A stretch of 64,000 bases of DNA from Antedon mediterranea (GCF_964355755.1 NC_092673.1:8246001-8310000), one strand, 5' to 3'; shown: positions 49,701 to 62,943, counted from the stretch's first letter. Made by a program: numbers and translations. Notes: generated by a model from the sequence alone, not told the origin.

Positions 49701-52700
49701 ACATAAACAGTATATATTACAATAGAAACCATGATAAGGTTTGAAAAAAGATTCTTTGATATTGTTACAGAATCAGGGATAATAAAAAAACATTATTTGT
49801 ATTGTATTAATGCAAATAATAACCTGAGATAAAAACAAGAAATATTTCTTACAAAAAAACGCTGTTTGAATATTTGACGTAACAATTTTAATTACTGTTC
49901 TTTCTTCAGAAATAATGATTATCGATTATTTTTGTTTAAAGATCGATAATTATAATTTCCTAAAGGTACGGCACGATAATTACTACAATTGCAAATAATA
50001 ATTTAGCACTATTATAAAAAATGGCTATTAATGTAACAAAAAAAACACATAATTACACATACATACCAATGCATTTCTTTAAGATTGCCACTTGGTTTAT
50101 TGTTAGACCGTTGGTCATTGCCTTCTTTACGATTGTTGGTGGCGATACCACCATAATCATAAGCACCATAATCTTGAGGTTTATCACAACCACTGGAACC
50201 ATCAGCTGACATGTACAGCAATAAGGCTGCATTTGGTGGAAGCTCCTGTCAATCAAATCATTCAATACCTTATTTAATCAATCAATACACCAATCAATCA
50301 ATAACACAACGATCAAGCACAACCACCCGAACCATCAGATGACATGTACAGCAATATCAATAAGGCTGCATTTGCAATATACAATTAAAAAGTATTCCAG
50401 AATACCAAGATCTTCAATTCAATAACCTTATTTGTTTTTTACTATCAGTAAATATACAGTTGAATAATGGAAAGCTTCAAATGAATGGCCTATTCTCATG
50501 TACTATTATATCTTGTATTATTTATAAATATATGACACTTGTCCTAGGCTTACTTTGAAAATTGTTTATATTTCATTTCTACTGTTTTGATGGTTCATCG
50601 TTTCTTTACCTGATCATTTTAATTGATCAAATGATAGCAACAATATTTATTCCTGAAGACAACATTTTGAAGTATAGAAACATAATGGCTTGTCTTTTTT
50701 TTTTTCAGAGTTTGTTTTTTATATTATTTATTGCATTGGAAATACAGAAGTAATGATGCATTTCAATACTAAAACAACTATTATGAAAATCAATTTTTAT
50801 TTTATGACAGTTTGGATAGAGGCCAGATAGATAAAGGTGACCTTTCCCCTTAAATAATCACGACGACACAAGTTTTATTCTTACCTTAAAGGCTGTACCC
50901 ATGAAAGTGTAGAATTGTCCAAAGGTTGGTTTATACAGTAAGTACTTGTGCGGATTTTCTCTCTTTCCTACCTTCTGACTATTCTCCTATAAGTCAAAAA
51001 GTCAAAGTTGACAAATAAGAAAATTAATATTATTAGTAAACATTTATTTTTAAAAGTAACACCAAAAATACTATGAGCAAATAAGGTATTACATTTTAGG
51101 ACTATTGGATATCAAAATAAGATTGTAAATCTTGAAATGATTCTAAGATTTTGCAGCTTCATATAACTTTAAGAGGTGTAATTAATTAGTAATGTTAGTA
51201 AAAACTACCTGTGAATCAGGAATGATGGTTTCTGATTGGTTCAAGTCTGGATCTGGTTCCCTCTCAATAGTTTGTAACATTCTATACATGTCAAGGGTCA
51301 ATTCACTGAATTTAACCTTTGAAAACAACAAATTTCATCTATTCAATATCAAATTTAAAAAATTTATATTAAAATTGAGTTTGTTAATATATTTGCCTTA
51401 TCTGCTATTATAAGAAAGAACATTCGTTTGTTTGTTGAATTTGTTGATCTTATTCCAGGCTTACACCTAGGATCAAAATGATTACAATGGTTCTTGAGAG
51501 GTTTGAAATCACATTTGGGTATCTTTCCCATATACTGTATGTGGCACATGCAAGGGAAATCAGACATAAGTCAGAACTTTCAAAATTAAAATGTTTACAA
51601 ATACTGAAATTACATATAAATCCAAGATTTAAAAGGCTGAAAAATTATCTTAATACCATGAGATTCCACAGTGTAATGTTTTGGCTGTTGCAATCAGTGT
51701 TTTGAGAAAAATGCTTTTAAAGTTAAGTAACAGAGGGAATGAAAAATACAAAAAAAAAGAAACAGGGCGTTTAAGTTTATGCCTTGGCAAAAGGGTATTC
51801 TAATTGTTTTATTTCAATGAAACGTCACACCTTCATTAATTAACTATTGTTCTATTATTATGCAAAATTGTCATTAAAAACAACCCACTAGAACACTTTC
51901 AATTTAAGCATAAAACATGATAGGTTTTATGAAAATCATACATAATTAATTGAACCATTTTTAAAACTAAAATACCACACAAAATTTATTTGTCTCAAAA
52001 TAGAAAAACACCAAGGTAATGTAAAAAAAAATGTAGCTGTTTCAGCTATCATTTTCTGTAAAAATGAAAAACAAATTTTTTTCAACCTTTTTTTTTGGTT
52101 GTCTCGGACTTATGTCAGATTTTGCTTGCATGTGCCACATATTATAATGTACTCCAATAAACTTGATGAGGATGTGTTTGTTCTATGTGTGGAAATGGTT
52201 GACATTTTATTTTATACATTTATCAAAAAAGAGAAGGGAAAGCAACATTGGACATTTTTAGTTTTTTGTTATTAAATCCTGTAATTATTATTATGTTACT
52301 TTTATATTTTGTAAACTTTTCTTGTAAATCTTTAAATGACTTTTTTTAAACATTTATTTAATTACTCTGGATGCACCTTCACAAGTGTGCCGCTGTTTCA
52401 AAAGTGTTATAGCTTCAAATTAAATTATTATTATTATAGATATGTGAAACAACAATTTTTTTTTTTATTAAACAACCACCATTTTACATTGCAAAACAAA
52501 CCTGTTCCTGGCAATTGCCTATGATCAGAGCTTCTTGTAGAGAGATGTAGACTGGACAACCCTTTTCTAATGGTGGTAGCACATCCCTGCTTAAACGGTG
52601 GGACAGTATCATTTGCTTGTTGTCCTTGTCAACAACAATCACCTGATTATCAGCCTATAAATATGTATGAACACAATTGAAAATTTATTTACGTTTTATA

Positions 52701-55700
52701 AATTATACTCTACAGATCTGCTCTCACAGGACGTAGCAAAGCTCTTCAAACTCTGGAAATGCGACACTAAATGCTGGTTTTGTTTAGGGTCAAAATGTCA
52801 CCCTTGGTGGAACATTTATTTGTTATCCATAGTGACATTATGCTGTGAATTGGATCTGTCTGCAAAATTCCGCTGAGCATGTTGTCAAAATTGGCACTTG
52901 ACTTAGTTATACTGTGGAATCACAGTTGACATAGTGGACATGCAAATCAAAAAGCGTAGAGTATAAATCAATGTACTACTACTGTAGTAATATTCAATGC
53001 TGTAGCTTCTTTGTCTGCAATGCAAGGATTTACATAATCACCTCAATAAAAGCATTGATCTCTCCCAAAACTAGCGACCATTCCATTTTATCAGACGTGT
53101 CAAACAAACTGACATACTCATCAATGTGCCGTGACAATTCCTACAAGAACAATGTACATTAACATCATATAAACATTTAAATCTGGCAATGTTATTATGA
53201 GAAAAGAATGTTTATAGTAATACTCTAATAAATTATATGGCTAGATTTTTTAACAAGGCATTATGGAACAAAATACTTTTGATATTACTTTTTAAAATGC
53301 ATCCTACACTAGTTCATACAAATACAGTATTTATATTACTGAATTATTATTATTTGAATATGACATTATGGGTTTTATAATTAAACTTTGTACTGTACTA
53401 CTATAGGCTTACTATTGGAGCGATCACAGTACATCAGAAAGCTACTGTATAAAAATTAGCATAAATATTCAGTTACATTTAAATTAATTTTGTTCACAAG
53501 TGAGTTTTTTATTATGGTACTGTACACCTCAGATATTAAAGTCTTTAATTTAATTTACATAAACGCTCAAATCTCAAAAGACAAAAGATAAAGTAGTTGA
53601 CGTCAATAGATACCAATCTGTAAAGTACTCCCATAATTCAATGCACGTATCAGTGATACATGTACTACAAACCAAATTGAGTTTAGTAGCAAAGAAGTTA
53701 ATAAAGCTGATTGTGAACTTATAGAATCAAAGCTCAAACGTGTTCACCATGTAACATGTCCTTAAAATATGGCTGCCGAACATCAGCCAATTAGATTGCT
53801 AGTTTGAAGCCACTACTATAAACTCAAGTTTGATGTATTGCTATCATTCTCGTATAGAGAATGTTTTCAATACAATCTTGTGTGTGATCCTTAGAAAATA
53901 TTTAGACTATCAAAACATAACCATAAAGCTTTATTTTGTAATAATAAATGTACAGTATGCTATTGTAAACCGCCCTTAAATTAGTTATGCTTTCTACTGT
54001 GATCACACAAAACAATGCGTTTTCTATGTATTTTTGTTATGCAAATGATAATAAATACTGTCTAATTTAAATTGAATAAACACAAAATTAAATGTTATTT
54101 CAAAATTATTATAGAAAATGTTATAAACCTTGTCTGAAATTGGAGGGTACACAGTATTGAAAATTCCATCTTTGCAAAATACCAGTTACAATTTTTCACA
54201 GAGTACAAACTATACACATCCCGATAATTTACATTAGATAGATGATTTAATGCCCCTTTCCCACATTCACAAATTTAGCTACGAATGAACATGAAGTTAT
54301 CATAACAATCTTACCTCCATTGTGTGACTATCATAACTGGAAATTGACTATTTTGACAACATAGTTTTTAAAATACGAATGACTATGATTTTTAAAAATT
54401 TCTAATTCATGTTCATTCGTAGCCAAATTTGTAAATGTGGGAAAGGGGCATTAATTCTATTTTACACAAATGCAACATTTTCCTAAGTTTTCCATTAAAT
54501 AAAAACATAAAAAAACGCCATCAATTTATAGTAACATATCAAGAAGTTAAAGATGCAAGGATTTTAATTGCTTTGAAATTGATAATGAAAAAAAAACAAC
54601 AAAACAATTTGCATCAAAGTGAACGTATAGAAATGTTAATATGATAATTGTACAAGTGATTTTTACTTTCTATGGACCAGAGTTTCCGAAATAAAAGATG
54701 AATGAATGAATGATAAATGTACAGTAATAAATACAGTTTTACAATTCAACCTTACAGAACCTTAACTATCAAAAAAGGGGTTAGATATGCAAGAATTATC
54801 TAAGCCAATTACTTTTAAATTGCTGAAAACATTTGAAATATTTTGAAAAGAAGAGAGTACGTAGTTTTAATCTTTGCTTGTCAGGTTTACATCTTCGGGT
54901 TATAATCTATTCAAGAAAATGCGGGACAAACTAGAAGCGTACAGGCAATTAAAATAGCTCTCTGTACAAGTGCTGCTCAGACATATAAATCTGACTGATA
55001 TTATAATTTCATATGCATTTTAAAATCTCTAAGGTGGAAGAGGCTGACATAATGATTAAAGCAAGTGTATGACTAAAGCCCTGTGTGAACCCCAAGGCAA
55101 CTGCATAAAAACTAAAGTATAGACTGAATGAATTAGCATCTTCATCTACATGAAGCTTATTTTTAACCAGTGACATTTAAAATGTACAAAATATCTGAAA
55201 ATATTAAACTGATTTGATTTGGTGCTAGCCATTGTTATAAGCATTAAATTTGTCATAAATTTTAAGTATACTTTAAATGTCCATATTTTGTTTTGTGCAT
55301 GTCTTAAGATCATGGTCACTGCCTTTTTCTCTGGTGAATTAAGACCTGAAGCCCACATGAATAAACTCCCACAGAGAAAATCATTTTGAATAAACCTATC
55401 CCCCACCCCTCGAATAAATGCCCCGGGGCTTTTATTTATTTTATTAAATAAAGGATGCACACTATTGTATCATTATTATAACACATTTCTATTTGTAGTA
55501 GAATTCATTGATTGACATGATCTACAATTTATCAAGCATTTTTACTTTATTTTATCACTCCTCAATATTAATTGTTTTGGATTTTTTCATATCTAGGAGT
55601 ATTTATTTGATTTATACATGTTACCATATTACACCCAAAAACACAATAAACGCCTCTTCTACTGTAAATAAACGCCTTCCTTGAATTTACGTTCCTCCAA

Positions 55701-58700
55701 AAACACCCATGGTGCATTTATTCAGATAAATAAAGGTATTTTATTATATGAATGTATCATGTGCCCCAAAAGATTTAACAATTACAGAAAGAACTTGTCA
55801 ACATTAACCTCCCTTAATTGACCCCTTTTATAAAAAAGCACCAACAAAAAGAACATATATTCAAAACATTTCATAAAAGATGGTCAAATGAACAGTCACA
55901 AACTTTTGACTACTCTCGGTCAATAACGACCACACACTGATAAACCAGTTTACTACAATTTGCAAAGCTATTTTTTACAAACAGCTCTACCAAAACCAGT
56001 TTCAAAGAAAACGGTCCTTTGAGGTTGTTCAATAGAAGGAAAAAGAATAAATTTAATTCTTACACTTACACAAGTTAAAAATAGGACAACAAATGCAAAC
56101 ATTGAAACATTCATTTAGAATAGAGAGAGTAGATATTGTTAATGCCATCTCACTGATTAAATAAAACGCTACTAAAATACTGTTAGTGTTACAAGACCCT
56201 TTCTGTATAATTTCTAAACTACAAGTTAGATGGCATGTAGAATAAACATTGTCTATTGACACTGACCAAGTGATTCAAACAGCCAGGAGCAATTGTTTTT
56301 AAATTAAAAGTATTGTACACAGAACATCTACTAATTAATATTGATTATTAATATGCAATTACAATTTACATACAGAATAGTAATTAAAACAATATGCCTA
56401 TCACTATCAGTTATTGTACAAATCACAAATTTGAAGAATTATATTTCTGCAAGCCATACAGTGGTATTTTTTATGTATTTGTTTGCACAATAGAGTCCAT
56501 GTTTTTTAAGTTTAATAATAAGTCAGCATTTTTAGAATACAACTGTATTATTAAACTGAATATTTATACATATTATAATAAAATGATGAATAAAATTAGA
56601 TGGAAGCATGGTTAAGTGGATTACTGTATAATATGTCATCGCCTTTTTTATACTGTATTAGAAGTTTTTAAGCTTATCAATTAATCATTTAAATTGCAAA
56701 ATAATATAGTTATGGTACATTAAAGCGTTATATTTTTGTATCATTGCTCTGCACCAGACTGTTATTGTTAACGAAAGTTGCTGATATGCACCAGCAGTAA
56801 AGGCATGACACTGACAGACAGGAATCCAGAGTCACAACTGTCATAACTGTTCTGTATTCAGTAAAAATTTAAGTTTTAAAAATAATGCATGACATACAAA
56901 ATATAATAATATCTATTTATCTACAATTGCTAATTACAGTACTGCTCTGATTATGATACTGGTACCAACATTTAGTTTTTAATGTTTTTTGTTGCTTTGT
57001 GTCTAGAAACCACAGTTCTCCATTTATATAGAACTCATGCATTTTTTAACATACAGTATAAACACCTCAATGAGGAATGATATACACAGTAACATAGTAA
57101 ACCAAGAGCATGTTTTCCACATCTTATGTCCATCAGTTTCAGACGGTATGAAATTACGTTGAACATTCCGATATTATTAAAAATATAATATTATGCAGAT
57201 TTATTAAATAATTATTTGCAATATATGGAAATTTCTATTTATGATACATATTTTAATAAATGTCTAATAAATCATATGAACTCCACAAGGCCAACAGTAA
57301 TATATAATAGTTATTGATATCTTATTTTGGAAGATGAGATTGTACAATTCAGTTTCAAGGTCATTAATCTTAAACTGCATACTATCTCATCTCTATACTT
57401 TTACATATACTTTTCACTGAAAAATGATAATAAGTTTCATATTAATGTTATTATCGATGAGCAACATCAGCATGTATTCAATTCAAATTGGTCGTGATAA
57501 ATCCTTGCTTACGATTCATAAAGACTTCTGTTGCAATTAGAGTAGGGAAAACGGCAAGTTTACTTTGAAAAGCATTTTGTATTTACAACCCCAAGGAATT
57601 ATAGATAAGTTAGTTGAAATTATCTAGGGATTGGACTATGCAATTAAATACTTACTGTATGCAGTTGTAATTTATGAATACTAAATGAAACAGCACTATA
57701 CTATAATATTTTGAATCTACAGTAGCAAACTATAACATAAGAGAGAGAATTAAAAATAGAATTAGTTGCTCTTCAAAGGATGAGGAATTTCTTTATGATC
57801 TAAAGAGAAAAATTCTCCTCCCAATACATTAATTAAGACTAAAGAGTGGGCAATTGACCATAATCCTACAGGTAGAAAATTACAGTTAAAAGTTTTGTAC
57901 AATTAAACTACTGTAGGTTATGCATTGATTTAAATAAAGATAATTGATTTTTGAAGATATATTGCTTGAATGATTTTGTCAGAATCTTTAATTATTTATA
58001 ATATATAATGAAGATAGGATCTTACTAACGCAAATACAACAGCCGATATTACAATCCGATCAAAGATCCCTCAGCGTATAATGTCATAAACTGCAGTAAC
58101 CTTGTTACATAATAATAAAGACAGAGTTACTTTTTCTCTAGATTTCATTATACTGTACATCATGCATATAATCTATACCCTAAGAAGTTTGAAAATATGA
58201 TTAGCTATCTATACTATCAGTATACAAAAACAATAATTTGTATAGAAAAAAACACCAAAAAATAGAAAGGTCATTACTAACTTTGAATATTAGCAGTAGA
58301 TTTGTCATATGTCATAACGGTGGAAAATGCATTTAGATAATTAACATACTGTACAGTAATGCTGGAAGTAATTAGCATGATGCCATAATGACAGAATTGA
58401 TGATATAAGCTTAAAAGCTACTCTACGTAGTCTAAAGCAGTAAACAATAGTGTGAAATTAACAAACATATTTATATTATTATTATTTATTTATATTTATG
58501 GATCTGTGGAATTTTTACAATACCAATTCATTCACATTTCAACTGAAAATCATAATTTACAGTCACTCACAGACATAACATTGGTTAAAATAAAAAGTCT
58601 TTAATTGTTTTTTAAACTGATTATACTATGGTCAGTAACACTAAATTTTTGGGCAATTCCAGCATTACAAACATACGAAGACTTACAAAAGACTTTTGTG

Positions 58701-60177
58701 AACTGTATTAAAAAGTGCAGTAATAAGTAATACATAAAAATGATGAAAACTTCACAGAATGTTTGTCTTACAGTATTGAATAAATTTCATTTAGAAAGAA
58801 AAAGTTATTGTTGAGAAAATTACTGAAAACTATTGATTTTTTTACCAGTTAGTTTTAATTCTAAATTCCATCAAATATTTTGAGGGCAGAACTAACAAAG
58901 ATGTCTTTATTTTCATCTTAAAAACACATACAATTTAAAAATTATTAAATGGTGTTTGACATGTACAGTAGGCATTTTCAATCAAGGTAGGATTTATATT
59001 CATCTAACTGTTATGGACATATGTACATAATTTCTGTCATGGTTATTTAAATGGTATTTAAAAAATACAAATATTCAATATTATTATTTTAGTATAAAAT
59101 TCTTCTGCTACTGATGTGATTTGTACAGTACTGTACATGTGTACTTAGTACAATCCTTTCCTAATCCTACTATTATAATACAAAATTATATGCAGAATTA
59201 TAACCTCATGAAGGCAATGGGAATTTTGTTCCATTCAACCGTAAATTTAATGTTGCCAATTTGAGTTTTTTGTGTGTAAACCGAACCAATATACAGTAGA
59301 ATGTTTTACAGCCATAATAGATTGAGATGGCGGACTTGTTAATAATATTTTGCATTAATTGAATGGGGATAATATATTATTCATTTGTTGAAAGAATGAT
59401 TGTTTCATTCAACAAATTGCAATTATATAGTTATAGTTCATTCTTATATAGCGCTCTACAAGCAAGCTTCTCTAACATTATTACCCCAGTCATTTTTTGG
59501 ATCAAACACATATGGAAACATACTCCCATAATGCAGCTAGTAATCAGCGCAAAGTTGTGTCTTGATCTAACCGGGTACCCATTTATACACCTGGGTGGAG
59601 AGAGGCAAACGTAAGTAAAGTATCTTGCCTAAGGTTACAAGCAATGCGGCGAGAGTTGGATTTGAACCTCGGTCTCACGATCAGTAGTTCAACGTCCAAC
59701 ACCCTGCGCCACACGCCCTCAATCAATTATAGAGATTTTTATTTTTTAAATGGTCGACACATTATGATTAGGAGATCAACATGAAAGCATCATCACACCT
59801 TTGTCACTCATCCTGATGATATGCAAATTATCTTTAATTACCGTATGCAGATTACAAGTGAAATTACAGGGTTACCATATCAAAAACTAACAGTTGGACT
59901 CGGAGAGAGTAGTCAAGTCAAACTGGTTGGATAAAAAGTCAATCTTTTGTTTAAATGTTTTATATATTTTCTTTCATTAATGATCTTAATTCCTTTGAAA
60001 AAATCCATTTTTTCCAATTAAAACCAACCAATTAGAAAACAAACTACTGCCACCACTCATTGTATTATAACATACAATACCTTAATAAGCTCTCTGATAA
60101 GATCCATCTTCCTCAAAAGCAAGCAGACAACAATTAGTCTAGCATAATATCGTAGCTTCTTTACCATCAGCTCAGGT
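46581..60177 (-). CDS. SCAI: Protein SCAI (suppressor of cancer cell invasion), last 10 coding exons; 5' exons lie beyond the window end
   Basis: Exons 60177-60081, 53140-53042, 52654-52502, 51316-51209, 50986-50885, 50245-50067, 48892-48811, 48027-47778, 47508-47408 and 46724-46581 splice in frame. Motifs PELMVKKLRYYAR, VKFSELTLDMYRMLQ, RENPHKYLLYKPTF, HPGDIYPFTRKPLFLIVDS and KHVLELASILDVR match human SCAI. Confidence 0.97.
47408..47508 (-). CDS. SCAI: SCAI internal exon
   Basis: DHVYMQFYGDEYLRLLILRYIFCYATLRYHRGFK. Confidence 0.95.
47778..48027 (-). CDS. SCAI: SCAI internal exon
   Basis: GIPNLFGQPVIVLMSP...GNLFTLFLSDPVMAF...KSRGI. Confidence 0.95.
48055..48325. mobile_element. Degenerate MITE with AATAAACGCCCC repeats (second copy ~55385-55740)
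   Basis: Both loci share TTTCTATTTGTAGT(G/A)GAATTCATTGA...TACAATT and AAACGCC motifs. Confidence 0.55.
48811..48892 (-). CDS. SCAI: SCAI internal exon
   Basis: VHPGDIYPFTRKPLFLIVDSPNSHVFK. Confidence 0.95.
50067..50245 (-). CDS. SCAI: SCAI internal exon
   Basis: ELPPNAALLLYMSADG...YDYGGIATN...KEMH(C). Confidence 0.95.
50885..50986 (-). CDS. SCAI: SCAI internal exon
   Basis: ENSQKVGKRENPHKYLLYKPTFGQFYTFMGTAFK. Confidence 0.95.
51209..51316 (-). CDS. SCAI: SCAI internal exon
   Basis: VKFSELTLDMYRMLQTIEREPDPDLNQSETIIPDSQ. Confidence 0.94.
51540..52139. mobile_element. Unclassified TIR element (TGT termini)
   Basis: TGTGGCACATGCAAGGGAAATCAGACATAAGTC versus GACTTATGTCAGATTTTGCTTGCATGTGCCACA, a ~33-bp imperfect TIR. 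Confidence 0.8.
52502..52654 (-). CDS. SCAI: SCAI internal exon
   Basis: ADNQVIVVDKDNKQMILSHRL...SLQEALIIGNCQEQ. Confidence 0.94.
53042..53140 (-). CDS. SCAI: SCAI internal exon
   Basis: ELSRHIDEYVSLFDTSDKMEWSLVLGEINAFIE. Confidence 0.94.
54251..54450. mobile_element. PIF/Harbinger-like MITE
   Basis: ~45-bp TIR TGCCCCTTTCCCACATT...GCTACGAATGAACATGAA, flanked by TAA / TTA. Confidence 0.85.
59445..59720 (-). mobile_element. tRNA-derived SINE (family shared with 60680-60950)
   Basis: Minus strand GAGGGCGTGTGGCGCAGGG, B-box GGTTCAAATCC, conserved core GGCAAGATACTTTAC...CTCTCTCCACCCAGGTGTATAAATGGGTACC. Confidence 0.88.
60081..60177 (-). CDS. SCAI: SCAI internal exon
   Basis: PELMVKKLRYYARLIVVCLLLRKMDLIRELIK. 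Confidence 0.95.
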
Positions 60178-60241
60178 CTGCAAAGATAAAATCTCTGTTA
60201 AGGACAGGTTCTTTTACAAATAGAGACATGATGATTTATAA

Positions 60242-60612
60242 AGCCTGTTTTCCACTTGACAAATTTGTTTTCACAAATCGAAAGCGTCAGCTTATCCACA
60301 TGCGTACAGTATTCATGCTTCCATCCTTCCTCGCTGCGACGAATTCTAGTTCCTAAGTTTTTCGCTTGATTGAAATTAGTAGTTTGAATTTTTTCTACTT
60401 TTTTGCAAAGCGAAAAATTATGCAACCAATCAGAGATCAAGAAATAAGGTATACCGCATTCGTGAGCACTCATAAAAATCAAAAAGCTCAGCAGACACGC
60501 GATGTCAATAAAAATCAGGGCTATTCCTTCTTGTAGTGGAGGGTAATTTTTTCCCTTGCTACAAAGTTCTCTTGAATTAGAGCTAATAAATTTGCCTAGT
60601 GGAAAACAGGCT
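60242..60612. mobile_element. PIF/Harbinger-like MITE
   Basis: TAA|AGCCTGTTTTCCACT ... AGTGGAAAACAGGCT|TAA. Confidence 0.88.
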
Positions 60613-60679
60613 TAAAGAAAAGATAACAACAATCTGACATAGTGTTGACATCATTGAAGAGATGTACACTAAATACTAT

Positions 60680-60950
60680 GAGGGCGTATGGCGCAGGGCG
60701 TTGGACAACTGATAATGAGATCGAGGTTCGAATCAAACTCTCGCCGCATTGCTGTATCCAATAGGCAAGATACTTTACCTACATTTGCCTCTCTCCACCC
60801 AGGTGTATAAATTGGATCCTGGTCTAGATCAAGACACAACCTTGCGCTGAAATACTAGCGGCATTATGGGAGTATATTTCCATACATGTTTGATTTAAGA
60901 ATATGACTGGGGTAATAATGGTCAGCGCTTAGATATATTATTATATAAAG
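60680..60950 (+). mobile_element. tRNA-derived SINE
   Basis: GAGGGCGTATGGCGCAGGG, B-box GGTTCGAATC and the same core as 59445-59720, in opposite orientation. Confidence 0.88.
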
Positions 60951-61931
60951 GGTTGCTAGAAAATAAAAGCACTTTCTTAGGTATCCAGTAATTTCATATT
61001 AGATGAAAGACCTTCGATTTCTAAATTGTTTGTTTGGCACAATATCATTGCTTACATTTTCCTCCTGATATTAATATACTGTACATTAAAATACAGTTAT
61101 TTATTTTTAATGTTTTATTCTTAAACACACACTTCAGTTATTACTCTATGTCCAACCATAACATCAACTCCATTGAATAGAAAAACATGGATACAATTAA
61201 TTGATTCTTTCTACTCTGGAAAACCAAATTCAATTTTGTGAATCTGACGTCGATGATATTTGACTTTGAAGCTACAGGACTGTTAATATCAACCTAATTC
61301 AAAATCTGAATGTAAATAATCAATATTAACATTTCAGCTAATTCAATATAAGTATTCAGACACATTAACGTGGCCAATCACTGGTATGGCATATATACCA
61401 TAGATTTATCAATGTGAGAATGACTTATGGTAATCACTTAGTGATGGTAGATGTACATATTCAAGTATTGTTTATTGGAGATGAATGAAGTGTCTACATA
61501 GTTAAGATGAAAAATATGAATTGTATGCAAGGATAACCAATATAAAGAAATATAAATTGTCAGATTTAGAGTAGAAATTGCCAAGATTTCCATTAAAGTA
61601 AAAATGCCACCGAATGATGAATACATTATGAAACACTCTACTTTATCAAATTACTGCAGAGTGATACTAATGTACACACTCATCTCTAAATTTTCTGCAA
61701 TATTGATGACAAATTCTTCAGGAATTATACCCCCATGTTTTTTTGTTTTCATTATAAACATAAACATGCAGAATATCTGCTTTAAACGTCAATTTAGCAA
61801 TTTAAGTCGTTCATAAGCAGAGAATTGATAAAGTATACAGTGCAGACATATTAGATGGAAATACATTTAATAAACGTGTTAGAAGAAATTAATAATTTGA
61901 CCCATTCACACAGTAACAAAAGTTATTTTAA

Positions 61932-62943
61932 AGGAAAGGAACACCCTAATATCTTACCTAACTATTATAAAAGTAACCCTACCAACTTAATATTCAGCAC
62001 AATTTATGTTTAAATCGGATTTGTAGTTTTCTAGTAAACAGGATTTTAAAGCTGTTTTCAAGACATTTGAAAATCGCCATCTTGTGCTCATGGCAGCCTG
62101 TTTGTGACGTCAGATACGGCCGACGAAAATTTTAAGATTCGCGGTTGCATTCAGCGCTTCTATTGGCTAAGCGAATCCGCTAATATGATTGGCTAATAAC
62201 GCGACATGCGGTCATGCAGGACGGCGATGACACGGTATGAGCATGCGCTGGCTTGGTAAACAAACCTTCGATCGATCTTTTCTTCTGCAAGCCAATTCGT
62301 AAATCTTTCAGCTATTGTTAATCTATTGTTACTTTTATTGCCTAGCTGTTTCAAACGGGATTTGGTAGGGGAATTAACTGGCAAACCTTCGAAACGGAGG
62401 CTGTTGGTTGACGATGCAGTGTCTACTTTATTTTCGTTCAACACGAGTTCTAGGCCTAGTAAGGCATACAGTACAGATACACTGGCCGAATATACACCAT
62501 TCTTCGACGGCTTGTTATGCTCGAGAATGTTCTTCTTTTCTTCTTTTTTCCTCATCAGCACGACGCAAAACTAACTCTCTTTCTGTATATTCTGGTTCCA
62601 AATTTTTTGAATTATAAAAACTCCAAGCCATATTCCGAAAATATTAGGTATGTTAGGCTATTTAATTGATTTTATTTATGGTTATATCCCGCACTTCCAT
62701 ATTGAAATACTGTACTAAGACGATGGGCGCTTGGATTTGCTTGAATGCGTCCACCTAATCTGACGTCACATAATTGCTCTTAACCTGTCAAAATGGCGCT
62801 GTTCAATTTCCGATATTTTGTCGTTTAAAAGTCTATTTTTTAACTAAATTGCTTACTATTGTACCTTGAACCATTGTAATCATGTTTTTATTACATTTAT
62901 CTATAAGCACAGTGGCACATTTAGCCCAGGGTGTTCCTTTCCT
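61932..62943. mobile_element. Non-autonomous Kolobok DNA transposon (~1.0 kb)
   Basis: TTAA TSD on both sides (61928-61931, 62944-62947); perfect 16-bp TIR AGGAAAGGAACACCCT; purine-purine termini typical of Kolobok rather than piggyBac. Confidence 0.88.
62200..62631 (-). pseudogene. Decayed KolX / P2X7-ballast-like Cys-rich coding relic inside the Kolobok element
   Basis: EPEYTERE...SRA*QAVEEWCIFGQCIC(MP)..., later HCIV and NNRLTIAERFTNWL...DRRFV...SAC in shifted frames; contains stops and frameshifts. Confidence 0.5.

Noticed and set aside
59640-59720. tRNA genes here, at 60680-60750 and at 39310-39384
   Set aside because: A and B boxes are present, but they run into SINE core and tail sequence and I could not fold a proper cloverleaf
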